This document shows, piece after piece, positions 29,223 to 39,834 of a stretch of DNA of 64,000 nucleotides. Source of the DNA: a virus. The stretch lies in IMG/VR virus record IMGVR_UViG_3300021425_000014, positions 1 through 64,000 of that record; one strand, written 5' to 3'. How positions within the stretch are numbered: position 1 is the stretch's first letter; every line of letters begins with the position of its first letter. A program made the translations under genes and the position numbers. Under the pieces are notes generated by a model, which was not told the DNA's origin, made no database searches, and saw only the letters and a program-made list of their open reading frames with translations.

Positions 29223-29716
29223 TTCTAACTATAGATCCTGGCATTAGATTTGCAGCAGTTACAATATTTACAGAAGATGGCGATGTTAAATATAGTGAAA
29301 CAATAAAATTCAACGGAAAGCATTCTCAAGAAAAAAGAATGTATGAATTTTATGAAATACTATGTAACTTGTCAAAAGAATATGATGTCAAGGTCGTTGT
29401 CGCCGAATCCCAGTTCGTCCAAATAATGGGAAACATCGTTGGAATGATAATGACTTACGCCGGATTCGCGGAGGCAAAACTAGTAAGAATGAATCCCAGC
29501 CAATGGAAGAAGCTATCCACTGGAAAAGGTAATATTAGCGAGGCAGAATTAAGAGAAAAAATAATTAATATATTCCCTTTTGCTGATGCATACTCTGAGC
29601 ACCAAATAGATACTCTTGGAATGTATTTAGCATACAAGAATCAGGAGACAGGTGATGCTACGCCCGCTAAAAAACCTAGTAAAAGAAAAAACACTCGCAA
29701 GAATAAACTTCCTTGA
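29219..29716 (+). CDS. ruvC: RuvC-like Holliday junction resolvase
   Basis: ILTIDPG, VAESQF, P.QWKK..TGKGN, H.ID. Confidence 0.85.
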   Translation: MILTIDPGIRFAAVTIFTEDGDVKYSETIKFNGKHSQEKRMYEFYEILCNLSKEYDVKVVVAESQFVQIMGNIVGMIMTYAGFAEAKLVRMNPSQWKKLSTGKGNISEAELREKIINIFPFADAYSEHQIDTLGMYLAYKNQETGDATPAKKPSKRKNTRKNKLP

Positions 29717-30065
29717 TGGATATAGTGTTCACGGATTCGTCACACATGTTGACGAAGAAACCATGGAAGTGTATACTATAGATAACGTATACAACCAACT
29801 AATCATAGAAGAGAGCGAAGAGGGAATAGCCCTAGAGAGCGAAGAAGATGCCGAATCTATTGACTTCCTATTCGTAAAAACAATCTTTAGAACAGACTCT
29901 GTATCCTCTATTATCTGCGACATAAGCCATAAGTTCCCTATAGAAAAGACTACATATATTGACCAAATGAAGATTGCCATATATAATAAACCTGGGTCAA
30001 AAAGGAGAGCAAAAGATGCAAAGCCTAATCAACCAGAATGTAGTAATCAGGGAGACATTCTATAA
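29655..30065 (+). CDS. Hypothetical protein (possible Sm/LSM-like beta barrel)
   Basis: ARINFLDGYSVHGFVTHVD pattern; weak. Confidence 0.45.
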   Translation: MLRPLKNLVKEKTLARINFLDGYSVHGFVTHVDEETMEVYTIDNVYNQLIIEESEEGIALESEEDAESIDFLFVKTIFRTDSVSSIICDISHKFPIEKTTYIDQMKIAIYNKPGSKRRAKDAKPNQPECSNQGDIL

Positions 30066-30204
30066 TTGCAAGGGCTGCAATAAGAAAGTCAGCCGCTATG
30101 TTGATAATACACCCGGCGCAATTGTAGCAAAATACATCTGCGGATGTGGTTTCAGGGGGCCATATTTCCCCCTATTCAAGGAGACAAATGATGAAACTGC
30201 TTAA
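30016..30204 (+). CDS. Small zinc-finger protein
   Basis: CKGC...CGC; AGGAG RBS. Confidence 0.55.
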   Translation: MQSLINQNVVIRETFYNCKGCNKKVSRYVDNTPGAIVAKYICGCGFRGPYFPLFKETNDETA

Positions 30205-30577
30205 CGAAGAGTTGCTTGAAAAGTATGCTGATGCTAATAGGCAAACATTTTACACTTCAGTTGTTGGAACAACATTCAGAGATCAGGAACACATCAAAAA
30301 GGTAAACGACGGCGACTTCGCTGTCCTTATCCCAGAGCTTGATAACAAGTATGATACAACGGCTGTTTCAGTTGTTCATAATGATACTGGAAATTGTATT
30401 GGCTACATCAAGCGCGATTTAAACTCTGACATCTGGCAAAACATTGTAAAAAGCGGGGATCTTTACGTCTGTAAGATCACAAAGACTGGCGGAACTGAAG
30501 ATAAGCCAAATATTGGCTTCAATCTTACTGTCGTAAGGATGTATCATGAAAGACAATCAGTTAATACCACTGTTTAG
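30188..30577 (+). CDS. HIRAN-domain protein
   Basis: VVGTTFR...PE.DNKYD..AV.V...IGYI. Confidence 0.85.
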   Translation: MMKLLNEELLEKYADANRQTFYTSVVGTTFRDQEHIKKVNDGDFAVLIPELDNKYDTTAVSVVHNDTGNCIGYIKRDLNSDIWQNIVKSGDLYVCKITKTGGTEDKPNIGFNLTVVRMYHERQSVNTTV

Positions 30578-30866
30578 AATCATCGGAATAGAATCAGAAC
30601 GCAAGCAGCTATACCTTGAATTCCAAGATTTATTTGATACATATGATGAATTTCTAGAGTTCATCAATATGCAATCTAGATTCTACCCAAATGGAATTAT
30701 ACGAAAGACCCTTCAGGAAAACGCGGCAAATTACGCCGTAAATGCTACGATAAATAAGTTGCGCCAGAAGCTTGGATCTGATAACATAGAAGAGCATACG
30801 CTAGACGACGGCTCTACATTTTACAGATTGAAGGGCGAAAGATTCGGTGAGCAAAGTGGAAAATGA
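30546..30866 (+). CDS. Hypothetical protein (paralogue of next gene)
   Basis: LFDTYDEF...YPNG motif. Confidence 0.6.
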   Translation: MKDNQLIPLFRIIGIESERKQLYLEFQDLFDTYDEFLEFINMQSRFYPNGIIRKTLQENAANYAVNATINKLRQKLGSDNIEEHTLDDGSTFYRLKGERFGEQSGK

Positions 30867-31161
30867 ACAGACATTTATCATCATAAACAAATTCGAATAC
30901 GGTAAAGATCTTCATCTCTTTGAAGAAAATGAATATTTCATGGAACTATTCGAAACATATGATGAGTTCTTTAGCTTCTGGAATACATTAGCTGATACAT
31001 ATCCAGAAGGTGTCCCAGAAGAATATATACACCAAAAATTAAATCAATACGCCACATTCAAACTTCTCGACGCACTAGATGAATTGGTAGAAGATGGACT
31101 AGTAGTTAAAAGCCAAAACGAAGATGGCGAAGATGTTTGGAGAATTGCAGGTACGGTCTAA
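30847..31161 (+). CDS. Hypothetical protein (paralogue of previous gene)
   Basis: LFETYDEF...YPEG motif. Confidence 0.6.
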   Translation: MSKVENEQTFIIINKFEYGKDLHLFEENEYFMELFETYDEFFSFWNTLADTYPEGVPEEYIHQKLNQYATFKLLDALDELVEDGLVVKSQNEDGEDVWRIAGTV

Positions 31162-31242
31162 AATTATACTCACAAGGAGAGCAGCATCCCTTTATAAAAC
31201 CCCTCTTAATCGGGGGGTTTTACTGTCCACAGGTTAAATAAA

Positions 31243-33315
31243 ATGGTATTCCTAACGAAAGATTTTCTTAAGAAGTACGAAGGCATTAGCCCATTCAGGA
31301 ATGCAATGTCAGAGTTCGTATACCTACGAACCTATTCGCGCTGGTTAGAAAAGCGCAGAGAGACTTGGCTTGAAACCTGCGAGCGAGTTGTAAACTACTC
31401 ATTCAGGCTATATAGCGGCCCCAAGGGCCATCAAGAACTAGCGCAAGAAGCAGAAAAGATGTTTGACGATGTTTTCAATCTTCGTTACCTTCCCGCTGGT
31501 CGAACTCTATGGGTTGGCGGAACAGAAATTATTGATCACGTAAGTGAGGCAAACTTCAACTGTTCATTTACTGCTATTGAAAAAATCGAGGACATTAAAG
31601 ACCTATTCTTCCTTTTGATGGTAGGAACAGGCGTAGGATTCTCTGTTCAAAAGCAGCATATTGAGAAACTTCCTAAGTTTAATAATAAGATTTCATTAGA
31701 AATTCAAGAGTATCAATCTAGACAGCCACATCTGCGAAACGAAGATACTTGGTCTTCTTGCAGCGCAGACGGTATTGGTGTTCTTACTATTGGCGATTCT
31801 CGCGAAGCATGGGCGAACGGATTAGAAGTTTTCCTAAACTTAATGAGGAATGATAAGCTCAACAAGATCATTCTTAATCTAGACAATGTTCGCCCGAAAG
31901 GTGAGAGGTTAAAGCGTTTCGGAGGCAAAGCATCTGGCCCAGAGCCATACGCTCAAATGATTAAAAAGATGCATGAAATAATCGCGGCAACTGATGGTAC
32001 GCTTAAACCTGTAGATGTATTAGATATCTGTAATATCGCAGCAGAGAATGTAGTTGCCGGGGGTGTTAGACGCTCCGCCGAGTTAGCTATGGTTGACGCA
32101 GATGAAGAAGAAGCCATTTACGCCAAGAAGGGCTATTGGCTGACTGGCAAGTATCATCGTGCAATGTCAAACAACTCCATTGCTTTCTGGGAAAAGCCAA
32201 CGAAAGAATATCTTGGCACGCTTATTGAATCAATCAAAGAGTCATATGAGCCTGGATTTATTAACGCCGAAGCCGCAAACCGGCGCAGGCCGTGGTTTTC
32301 CGGTTTCAATCCATGCGTTGAAATCATTTTGGCTAACAAGGGATTTTGTAATCTTTCAACCGTATTCGTTCCTGCATTTATTAATGATAAAAATGAATTG
32401 CAGCTATACGAGTTAGAAAAAGCGGTACGAAACTCCGCTCGTCACTGCTTAAGAATCACTAATGTAGATATTTCATTAAAAGAATGGGATAAAAACCAAA
32501 AGCGAGATAGATTGCTTGGCGTAAATCTAACTGGCGTAGAAGATGCATTCGACAAGTGCGGTATCTCAGATGATAAAAGAGGTTATATCTTTAACCTATT
32601 AAAGAGTGCTGCAAATGATGAAGCTGCTAAATATGCAAAAGAGATGAGAGTTCCTACCCCACTTTTGGTGACTACCATTCAGCCCGGCGGAACACTTAGC
32701 CAACTCAATGCTTCCGGGCCTTGTTCGCCAGGTTTTCACAAGTCCTTTGCTCCATTTATCAAGCGCACTGTCCGCATTTCTAGTCAAGATGCTCTAGCTA
32801 AGACGGTTCTCAAGCAAGGTTACAAAGTATATCCAGATCCCATGTCAGGCATCTCTTCTGCGGAATTCGACGCCATGACGCCAGAGAATCAGAAGAAGTG
32901 CTTGTCAACCGTACCAACTTGGGTCGTAGTCTTTGGCATTGATACAGGTGCCAAAATGAAGGCATCGGACGAATCTGCCATTTCACAGCTAGAAAGATAT
33001 AAGCAATATTTACAAGACTACTCCGATCACAATGTATCATCCACAATTCAAGTTGCTGATGATGAATGGGATCAAGTAATTGACTGGATCTATGATAATT
33101 GGGATAGCTACATTGGTGTGTCCTTCCAGAATAAATCTAATGATAAATATGATCTTCCGCCATACGAGGCAGTCACGGAAGAAGAGTATCATGAGATTAT
33201 GAAGAACTGCCCGCCGATCGACCATGATCTGCTTAATAAGATTGAGAATGGTCATTCAAGCGCGGACGATGATCTTGGCAATGATTGCGCGGGAGGGGCT
33301 TGTCCAATCCGCTAG
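31243..33315 (+). CDS. nrdJ: Class II (B12-dependent, monomeric type) ribonucleotide reductase
   Basis: RTYSR, P.GRTLW, FNC, GTGVGF, GGVRRSA, NPCVEI, C-terminal CAGGACPIR. Confidence 0.92.
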   Translation: MVFLTKDFLKKYEGISPFRNAMSEFVYLRTYSRWLEKRRETWLETCERVVNYSFRLYSGPKGHQELAQEAEKMFDDVFNLRYLPAGRTLWVGGTEIIDHVSEANFNCSFTAIEKIEDIKDLFFLLMVGTGVGFSVQKQHIEKLPKFNNKISLEIQEYQSRQPHLRNEDTWSSCSADGIGVLTIGDSREAWANGLEVFLNLMRNDKLNKIILNLDNVRPKGERLKRFGGKASGPEPYAQMIKKMHEIIAATDGTLKPVDVLDICNIAAENVVAGGVRRSAELAMVDADEEEAIYAKKGYWLTGKYHRAMSNNSIAFWEKPTKEYLGTLIESIKESYEPGFINAEAANRRRPWFSGFNPCVEIILANKGFCNLSTVFVPAFINDKNELQLYELEKAVRNSARHCLRITNVDISLKEWDKNQKRDRLLGVNLTGVEDAFDKCGISDDKRGYIFNLLKSAANDEAAKYAKEMRVPTPLLVTTIQPGGTLSQLNASGPCSPGFHKSFAPFIKRTVRISSQDALAKTVLKQGYKVYPDPMSGISSAEFDAMTPENQKKCLSTVPTWVVVFGIDTGAKMKASDESAISQLERYKQYLQDYSDHNVSSTIQVADDEWDQVIDWIYDNWDSYIGVSFQNKSNDKYDLPPYEAVTEEEYHEIMKNCPPIDHDLLNKIENGHSSADDDLGNDCAGGACPIR

Positions 33316-33379
33316 GAAACAAAGAAACCCCTTGCTTCGGCAGGGGGTTTTTGCTATAATGGTATTCAAGGAGGGCCAT

Positions 33380-33850
33380 ATGAGCCAAAATATTATGGTA
33401 TATCAAACTATTCCTGTTATTACTTTTCAAAAGACAGAAAGCTGTCCAGATGTAGTTCAGTTGCCCGATTATAAGACAGATCTCGCGGCGGCATTTGATC
33501 TACAGGCCGCTGAAACTGTCACGATCCCTGCTCGCTCTAAGGCGATTATTGGAACTGGCTTGCGGGCCTTGATTCCTGAGAACTTCTACGTTAGAATTGA
33601 ATCACGTTCTGGCCTTAGTGCTAAATTTAGTATTGAAAAAGGCGCAGGTATAATTGACGCTGATTACTGTGACGAATGGCGTGTAATCCTTTATAATCAC
33701 TCAAACGAGGCAATCCATATTGTTGCAGGCGATCGCGTTGCGCAGGCCATTGTAGCACCCTGTATTCAGGCTTATTTAGAATGGGGCGAAGTACCAAACA
33801 AGCACCCTCAATCGAACCGCAAGGGCGGATTTGGCTCAACTGGAGTTTGA
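33380..33850 (+). CDS. dut: Trimeric dUTPase
   Basis: AAFDL, RSGL, GIIDADY, GDRVAQ, RKGGFGSTG. Confidence 0.95.
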   Translation: MSQNIMVYQTIPVITFQKTESCPDVVQLPDYKTDLAAAFDLQAAETVTIPARSKAIIGTGLRALIPENFYVRIESRSGLSAKFSIEKGAGIIDADYCDEWRVILYNHSNEAIHIVAGDRVAQAIVAPCIQAYLEWGEVPNKHPQSNRKGGFGSTGV

Positions 33851-33851
33851 A

Positions 33852-34400
33852 ATGAAAATTGCTTTAATGGGAGCAAACAACACGGGTAAGACTACCCTAG
33901 CTATTGAGCTACATAAGATCGTTGGAAACACTCATGGCCTAATCGCATATAGTAGGCCAACCGCTGCCGCAAGGCGACTGGGGTATCAAAGCGCAAGAGA
34001 TGTTCCAGAAGATGTAGAAAAACAATTCGAGTTTCAATATGAATGTTTATTGGAACAAATTCGGGCACAAAAACAAATGGGAAAAAACTACATAGCAGAT
34101 AGATCAACGCTTGATCCGCTCGCATTTTTAAACGCTAAGTTACCATTTTTAAATCTAACAATACAGCATCAAATGTATGAGAAGTTGGCTTTCGAATTCT
34201 GCGAATATGACTTTCTGTTCTTTGTGCCAGCATTTGGTGGCAAGATGGAAGATAATGGCGTCAGATTATTAACACCACAGGAGCCAGTAGAATTAGAAAT
34301 AAAAAAACTACTTGCAAAGAGTAAGAAGCCGGCGTATACTCTCAAAACAACTTCGCTAACTAATCGCGTTCAGGAAGTTTGCCAGATTTTGAGGATCTAA
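33852..34400 (+). CDS. P-loop nucleotide kinase (AAA_28/dNMP kinase-like)
   Basis: GANNTGKTT, IADRS..D, EDNGVR. Confidence 0.75.
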   Translation: MKIALMGANNTGKTTLAIELHKIVGNTHGLIAYSRPTAAARRLGYQSARDVPEDVEKQFEFQYECLLEQIRAQKQMGKNYIADRSTLDPLAFLNAKLPFLNLTIQHQMYEKLAFEFCEYDFLFFVPAFGGKMEDNGVRLLTPQEPVELEIKKLLAKSKKPAYTLKTTSLTNRVQEVCQILRI

Positions 34401-35623
34401 TGAATTACGACAAAGACACAAAGGATTATCTTCTTCGCGCACTTATTACAAAAATGTGCGAGGAAAAAGAGTACATCGATCTTCGTTATGATAAAGACTT
34501 CTTCGAGGATCACTGGTTAATATTTAAAAAGATCAATGATCGCAAGAATGATATGCCTTCATTGACCTACATTAAAGAAACGTACAAATTTAAACCGCAC
34601 TCAACGGATTACACCATTACCGATCTAGTAGAGAAACTTAATCAGTTCTATTACTACGAAAAAACAAACATCGTGCTTAGAGACGTTATCACCGCTCGTA
34701 AAAATGGAACCGATACGAATGATGCTATTACTGCCCTAGACAATCTGAACAAAGAGTTCTCTAAGATTCGTAGTGCAATCACTAACACTCAAGTTGTTGA
34801 CATTGCAAATGAACCAGAAAAGGTTGCCGAAGAATACCGTAAGGTAAAAGAAAACCTAACACTTATTCCAACTGGACTTGGAAGGCTTGACGACATCTGC
34901 TGCCCAAGGCTTGGTAACTTCCTGTTACTATGCGCTGCAACTGGTGGCGGCAAGTCGCTTATTATGACTCATATGCAAAAAGCGGCGAACGAAAACAACA
35001 TTCCCTCTTTGTACATCTCTCTAGAAATGACTCTAGTGGAGCAAACAAACCGCTTATTGGCACTCAAGGGCATCAAATCGTTTACAGATCTGCACAATAA
35101 CAATGTAGACCCCAAAGAGTATCAAGACCTGGTTAAACAGCTAAATAGCTCAAATACTCATATTCTTACAAGGACAACGGAAACAAAGATCAATCTTCAA
35201 ACTATTGAGAAATATGTGCAAGAATTAAAGCCGCGCGTTGTTTTCCTAGATTATATGACACTGCTGCAAGATGCTGACTTCTCTTGGAATTCGGAAGTAT
35301 CAATCAGTGCAGAATTAAAGCGTATCGCGCTACAGAATAATCTACTGATGATCTCAGCAGTTCAAGCAGACTCAGCCTCTATGACGAGTGGCGAGGTTCC
35401 AGATCTTCATAATGTTCGCGGTAATAAATCGTTCTCTTTTGACACAGATATGTTCGTTGGCCTAGCTTCAGAACGCTACTTAACTGAGCCCGATAAGTTT
35501 AAGTTTAAGTTTGCTGTTCGTAAGAATCGCAATGGCATCCTTACCGAGTTTGCCTATCGCGTTAAGCCCGAAACTGGAATATTCGAAGACATTACCGATG
35601 ATGTTGCGAATGGTTTAGCATAA
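34400..35623 (+). CDS. dnaB: DnaB-like replicative helicase
   Basis: AATGGGKS, SLEM, FLDY, ELKRIA, KNRNG. Confidence 0.9.
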   Translation: MNYDKDTKDYLLRALITKMCEEKEYIDLRYDKDFFEDHWLIFKKINDRKNDMPSLTYIKETYKFKPHSTDYTITDLVEKLNQFYYYEKTNIVLRDVITARKNGTDTNDAITALDNLNKEFSKIRSAITNTQVVDIANEPEKVAEEYRKVKENLTLIPTGLGRLDDICCPRLGNFLLLCAATGGGKSLIMTHMQKAANENNIPSLYISLEMTLVEQTNRLLALKGIKSFTDLHNNNVDPKEYQDLVKQLNSSNTHILTRTTETKINLQTIEKYVQELKPRVVFLDYMTLLQDADFSWNSEVSISAELKRIALQNNLLMISAVQADSASMTSGEVPDLHNVRGNKSFSFDTDMFVGLASERYLTEPDKFKFKFAVRKNRNGILTEFAYRVKPETGIFEDITDDVANGLA

Positions 35624-36429
35624 TGTCAAATAATTTTCATATCAAACCAATAATCAAGCAAGTTGGCAACAAAAGCTGGCTCAAGGAAGATGTATGGAGA
35701 TTTTATCTAAGGTCTTCGGTTAATGCTGGGAAAAGCCTTAGATTCGTTGATCCCTTTTGCGGAAGCTTAGCGGTTCCATTTTTTATTATCCCAGATCGGG
35801 CTTGGGTTAACGATGCAAATCATTATATAATTAATTTATACAAACAACTTATTATTAACCCAACTATGCCACCACAAGAAAGAAGCAAGGAGCTATATCT
35901 ATCAAAGCGAAATGAGTTTAATAATCTAATTGAAAATGGCGTAACTGATGGTAGAGAATTAGCGGAATTATTTTACTACTTAAATAGATTTGGATATAAT
36001 GGGGTGATTAGATTCAATAAAAGTGGTAAATTTAATACACCATTTGGCATGTCGAAAATATATAATACAGATTTTGAGACTGAAGCTAGTGTTCTAAAAG
36101 ATTGGAAGATAACAAATCTAGACTTCAGGGAAGTGATTCATAATTGCGATGAATCCGATTTTATATTTGCAGATCCACCATACGATGAGCAATTTAATCA
36201 CTATGTAAAAGCTTCATTTCCTTGGGAGAATCAAGTAGACTTAGCACAATTACTAGCAAAGCACCCTGGGCCAGTAGTGACAACAAATAATCCTAGTGAT
36301 AGAATCGTTGAATTATATACTTCACTTGGCTTCTCAAGAATTAACAGGCGTAGGTTTAATCATTTAAAAAATGCTAAACTTCAAACTGGATTGGTATTCA
36401 AGGAAGTTATTTTTACGAGGAACATCTAA
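35623..36429 (+). CDS. dam: Dam-family DNA adenine methyltransferase
   Basis: GNK, DPFCGS, YYLNRFGYNG..RFN..G.FNTPFG, DPPY; target sequence inferred, not shown. Confidence 0.85.
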   Translation: MSNNFHIKPIIKQVGNKSWLKEDVWRFYLRSSVNAGKSLRFVDPFCGSLAVPFFIIPDRAWVNDANHYIINLYKQLIINPTMPPQERSKELYLSKRNEFNNLIENGVTDGRELAELFYYLNRFGYNGVIRFNKSGKFNTPFGMSKIYNTDFETEASVLKDWKITNLDFREVIHNCDESDFIFADPPYDEQFNHYVKASFPWENQVDLAQLLAKHPGPVVTTNNPSDRIVELYTSLGFSRINRRRFNHLKNAKLQTGLVFKEVIFTRNI

Positions 36430-36761
36430 TGAATATGCCAGCAGAAAAGCGGTGCGAAAAGCTTCTTTCCGTAATTAATGCAAAGGAGTATTATCATTCT
36501 GGAATAACTGATAGATTTGCGGCAAGCCATCTTGGTTGGGAAATTAGCTCAGTTAGATCAACCGCTAGTCAACTACAAAACAAGGGCTATGTCTACGTGG
36601 TAAAAGATGATGATGATTATTGGAAACTTTTTTCCGATACAACATTAGATGAAGATGACACTCAGGAAATCCAAGAAGAACTAGATGACGCAATTTACGA
36701 GCTAGGACAAGATATCGCAAATGCTATTGCAAAATATGTCAAATCAACTAAACGTAACTGA
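36429..36761 (+). CDS. Winged-HTH-like protein
   Basis: ITD..AA..LGW.ISSVR....QL..KGYV. Confidence 0.5.
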   Translation: MNMPAEKRCEKLLSVINAKEYYHSGITDRFAASHLGWEISSVRSTASQLQNKGYVYVVKDDDDYWKLFSDTTLDEDDTQEIQEELDDAIYELGQDIANAIAKYVKSTKRN

Positions 36762-37620
36762 ATCCAAGCTACAGAAAGCAGGATTCTTGATCTCGTATCG
36801 CTCAAAAGGTGAGCTTAAACTACAAAACTGTCCACTCCATCGCGATAAAACGCCAAGCCTAAGTATTAACACAATTGATAAAACTTATAATTGTTTCTCA
36901 TGCGGAGACAAAGGTACTATCAATAAGCTTCTTTCGTATTTTGGGATTGATAGTTATAATGCCCCAAAATTGGATGAACTTGAAGATTTACTTTTGGAAC
37001 AAGAAGAGCAGCAAATTGAGGAAAATCAATACACTGCCGACGAAAGAGAACTAATTAAATTCAGATACTTTCATCCGTATCTAGTAAAACGCGGCCTATC
37101 AAAAGACTTCATTCTTGCAAATAAAATAGGTTTTGATCCAGAAAGAGCAAGAGTGACGATCCCTATTTACTTTGATGATAAATATTATGGCTGTGCAGCA
37201 AGAACGGTTATTGACGAGATCCCGAAAATAACTTATAATAAGGGTATGCCAAAGGACAAGATACTCTATATGCCGGTTGTTCGGCACGATTCAGAGTTTA
37301 TTGTCGTAGTAGAAGGCCCGATTGATGCCCTAAAAGCATCTTACTTTGGTCAAGATTCAGTCTGCATTATGGGATGCAATCCTTCGCTGGTTCAGATCAA
37401 TTTGATCAAGCGTATTGCCAACGGTCGCAAGGTTGTGTTAGCATTAGATAATGACGATCCAGGAAAGAGAGGTATTGAAAAATGGTTCAAGCTAACTTCG
37501 GATATTGAGACAAGTGTATTTGCTTATCCTCAAGGCGTCAAAGATATTGGCGATATGAATAAGCAGCAATTCGAAAATGGTTTGCAGCAATCAGTTTTGT
37601 TTTGGGAGTCTATAGCTTGA
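36736..37620 (+). CDS. dnaG: DNA primase (CHC2 zinc finger + TOPRIM)
   Basis: CPLH.DKTPS...CFSC, VEGPIDA, ALDNDDPG, KDIGD. Confidence 0.92.
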   Translation: MSNQLNVTESKLQKAGFLISYRSKGELKLQNCPLHRDKTPSLSINTIDKTYNCFSCGDKGTINKLLSYFGIDSYNAPKLDELEDLLLEQEEQQIEENQYTADERELIKFRYFHPYLVKRGLSKDFILANKIGFDPERARVTIPIYFDDKYYGCAARTVIDEIPKITYNKGMPKDKILYMPVVRHDSEFIVVVEGPIDALKASYFGQDSVCIMGCNPSLVQINLIKRIANGRKVVLALDNDDPGKRGIEKWFKLTSDIETSVFAYPQGVKDIGDMNKQQFENGLQQSVLFWESIA

Positions 37621-37779
37621 GCCTGAATGATAGCAAATGGTTTGATACTGAGAGTAACTTCAAGGATGTTGTCAAGAGAAAGCGGGGAAATAAAGCCCGA
37701 GAAGCGTATGACACATTAGATGAAGAACTCGAAGCCCTTAAAGAGATTGACACTGACTTTTTTGGAGATTAATTAACAA

Positions 37780-38544
37780 ATGAACTTGAATGATATTTTT
37801 AATGCACCGGCCACCAGCAGCGAATCAACCGAAAGCGTGTATGTCAAATATGACTACAAGACGCAATTCATCCGCTTTCGATTCCTAGAAGAGCTAGAAG
37901 TCCTTAAGGCAAATACCCAAGTATCACACTGGGTAAAGGGCGTTGGTATGGTTCAGTGCAACCTTAAACCCCTATACGACAAGAACAAAGGAACAATCTT
38001 TCTTTGGGATGGCTGGGGAAAGGATAAGACCACTGGTGTTAGGATCAACAAGAGCCCTGAATTCAACTGCGTATTCTGCGCCGAAACGCGCAAAGCGAAG
38101 GACGAAGCAGGCAATGATCTACAGGCACAAATCACGGCAGGTAACCTGCATCGCCGCTCACAATCTTTCGTAGCAAATGTAGTATATGAAATCCTTGAAC
38201 GCAAAGCTGGCCAAAAGAAGCCAGAAGTTGTTAAGCAAGCATCTCAAGCGCTGCTTCGTATTCGCATTAATGATCTATTCTCCGATAAAGGTAAGGGTGA
38301 ATACAAGACTCTTAATAACTTCAACGACATCAAGGGAACTATCACGGAACATTGGTTTGTTATGAATGGCGAAGGCCGCATCACGCCAGACGATCCTCTT
38401 ACCACTGCCGAAAAAGAGGAAGTCTTCGAATGGATTGAGCGCAAGGCACCGATGCCCTATCAGGACGGCAAGGAGCGTTACGCCAAGAAGTCGCAGGCGG
38501 TATCCGAAGCTGAACCGTTCAAAGAAGAAGACATCGCCTTCTAA
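37780..38544 (+). CDS. Probable single-stranded DNA-binding protein
   Basis: Replication context, H/C zinc motif, acidic EEDIAF tail. Confidence 0.6.
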   Translation: MNLNDIFNAPATSSESTESVYVKYDYKTQFIRFRFLEELEVLKANTQVSHWVKGVGMVQCNLKPLYDKNKGTIFLWDGWGKDKTTGVRINKSPEFNCVFCAETRKAKDEAGNDLQAQITAGNLHRRSQSFVANVVYEILERKAGQKKPEVVKQASQALLRIRINDLFSDKGKGEYKTLNNFNDIKGTITEHWFVMNGEGRITPDDPLTTAEKEEVFEWIERKAPMPYQDGKERYAKKSQAVSEAEPFKEEDIAF

Positions 38545-38711
38545 TCTAAGTAAGCCCTGCCCTCGATCTGAAAAGATCGGGGGTATTGCTTTATGGGTGT
38601 AATTGGGTTACAATATGGTAACAGAAAGGACATTGAAATGCAGTTATTTCCATTATTCTTTGAACTACCGCGCTTCTCATTAAATTATTCCGACTTCTGG
38701 GAGGAACGACT

Positions 38712-39137
38712 GTGATTCCACAGAGAAGTTACGACATAGAAGATCCTTTGATAGAAGAGGCTAGGCATTATCGTTGGCTTAGCTGCGCTGCTAAATTAGC
38801 GCACAAATCAACTTATAAGAAGTATAAAATGGCCGCAGTATGCGTCAAGGGCGGAAGAGTTGTTGGAGTTGGCTTCAATAAAGACAAAAACGGCGTAATT
38901 AAAAATAAAAACTATTTACTCAAAGGGCATCACGCGGAGCTTGATCTGATTCTTTCCATGCCAAGAGAAGTTTTAAAAGGCTCTATAATATATGTAGCTG
39001 GAATCACACGCGGTGGTTCGCTCTGTTGGTCGTCTAAACCCTGCTCAGCCTGCCAGGCCACGCTGCGCTCATATGGCATTAAAGCTGCGATATACCACGA
39101 TCAGTACGGGAGGGCATACGAATGGCGAACCAAGTGA
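38712..39137 (+). CDS. Cytidine/dCMP deaminase-family protein
   Basis: HAE...SKPCSAC. Confidence 0.85.
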   Translation: MIPQRSYDIEDPLIEEARHYRWLSCAAKLAHKSTYKKYKMAAVCVKGGRVVGVGFNKDKNGVIKNKNYLLKGHHAELDLILSMPREVLKGSIIYVAGITRGGSLCWSSKPCSACQATLRSYGIKAAIYHDQYGRAYEWRTK

Positions 39138-39316
39138 TGACAGAAGTAGCAATCGGCGTTACTATGTTATACGCTATATCCTCAACTTTAATTCTTAGTC
39201 TAAAAATCAGGGAACTAAACAGAAGAATATTAAGACTAGAATTTCAATACAGAGGGCGCGCGTTTAGAGAGCTTGTGGGCCTGAGTGAAAAAATGGGCCT
39301 ATACGAAGACAAATAA
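39122..39316 (+). CDS. Small membrane protein
   Basis: One TM segment. Confidence 0.5.
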   Translation: MANQVMTEVAIGVTMLYAISSTLILSLKIRELNRRILRLEFQYRGRAFRELVGLSEKMGLYEDK

Positions 39317-39363
39317 GTGTCATTCGTGCTAAACTTGATTGTCCCACTTTTTGGAGAACGACA

Positions 39364-39834
39364 TTGAATATCTTTGTTCTTGACCGCAACCCTGTTACCG
39401 CTGCTAAATATCATTGCGACAAACATGCCGTCAAAATGGTTTGCGAGGCAACTCAGATGCTATCGGCAGCGATGCATTTAACTGGTGCTATCGGCCCATA
39501 CAAGTTAGCATATAAGAATCACCCCTGCACTATCTGGGTTCGCGAGACTCGCAGTAATTATCTCTGGATGTGTGAACACTTCGAGGCGTTGTTACAGGAA
39601 TATACAGAGCGCTATGGTAAGATCCATTCTTGCGCTAGGCTTTTAGATCTATTCTTAGAGCATGCAGATAATATCCCAGAAGGCCCATTAACTGAGCATC
39701 CACAGTGCATGCCAGATTACTGCAAGTCCGAAGACACTGTCGCGGCTTATCGCAACTACTACATTAACGAGAAGTCATACTTCGCAAAATGGAAGAATGG
39801 CAATGTGCCCGAATGGTGGACAGCCAATGTGTAA
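39364..39834 (+). CDS. Pyrimidine-dimer DNA glycosylase-like protein
   Basis: MNIFVLD..P..AA..HCDKH.VKM..E..QML, NHPC.IW, AYR.YY. Confidence 0.8.
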   Translation: MNIFVLDRNPVTAAKYHCDKHAVKMVCEATQMLSAAMHLTGAIGPYKLAYKNHPCTIWVRETRSNYLWMCEHFEALLQEYTERYGKIHSCARLLDLFLEHADNIPEGPLTEHPQCMPDYCKSEDTVAAYRNYYINEKSYFAKWKNGNVPEWWTANV

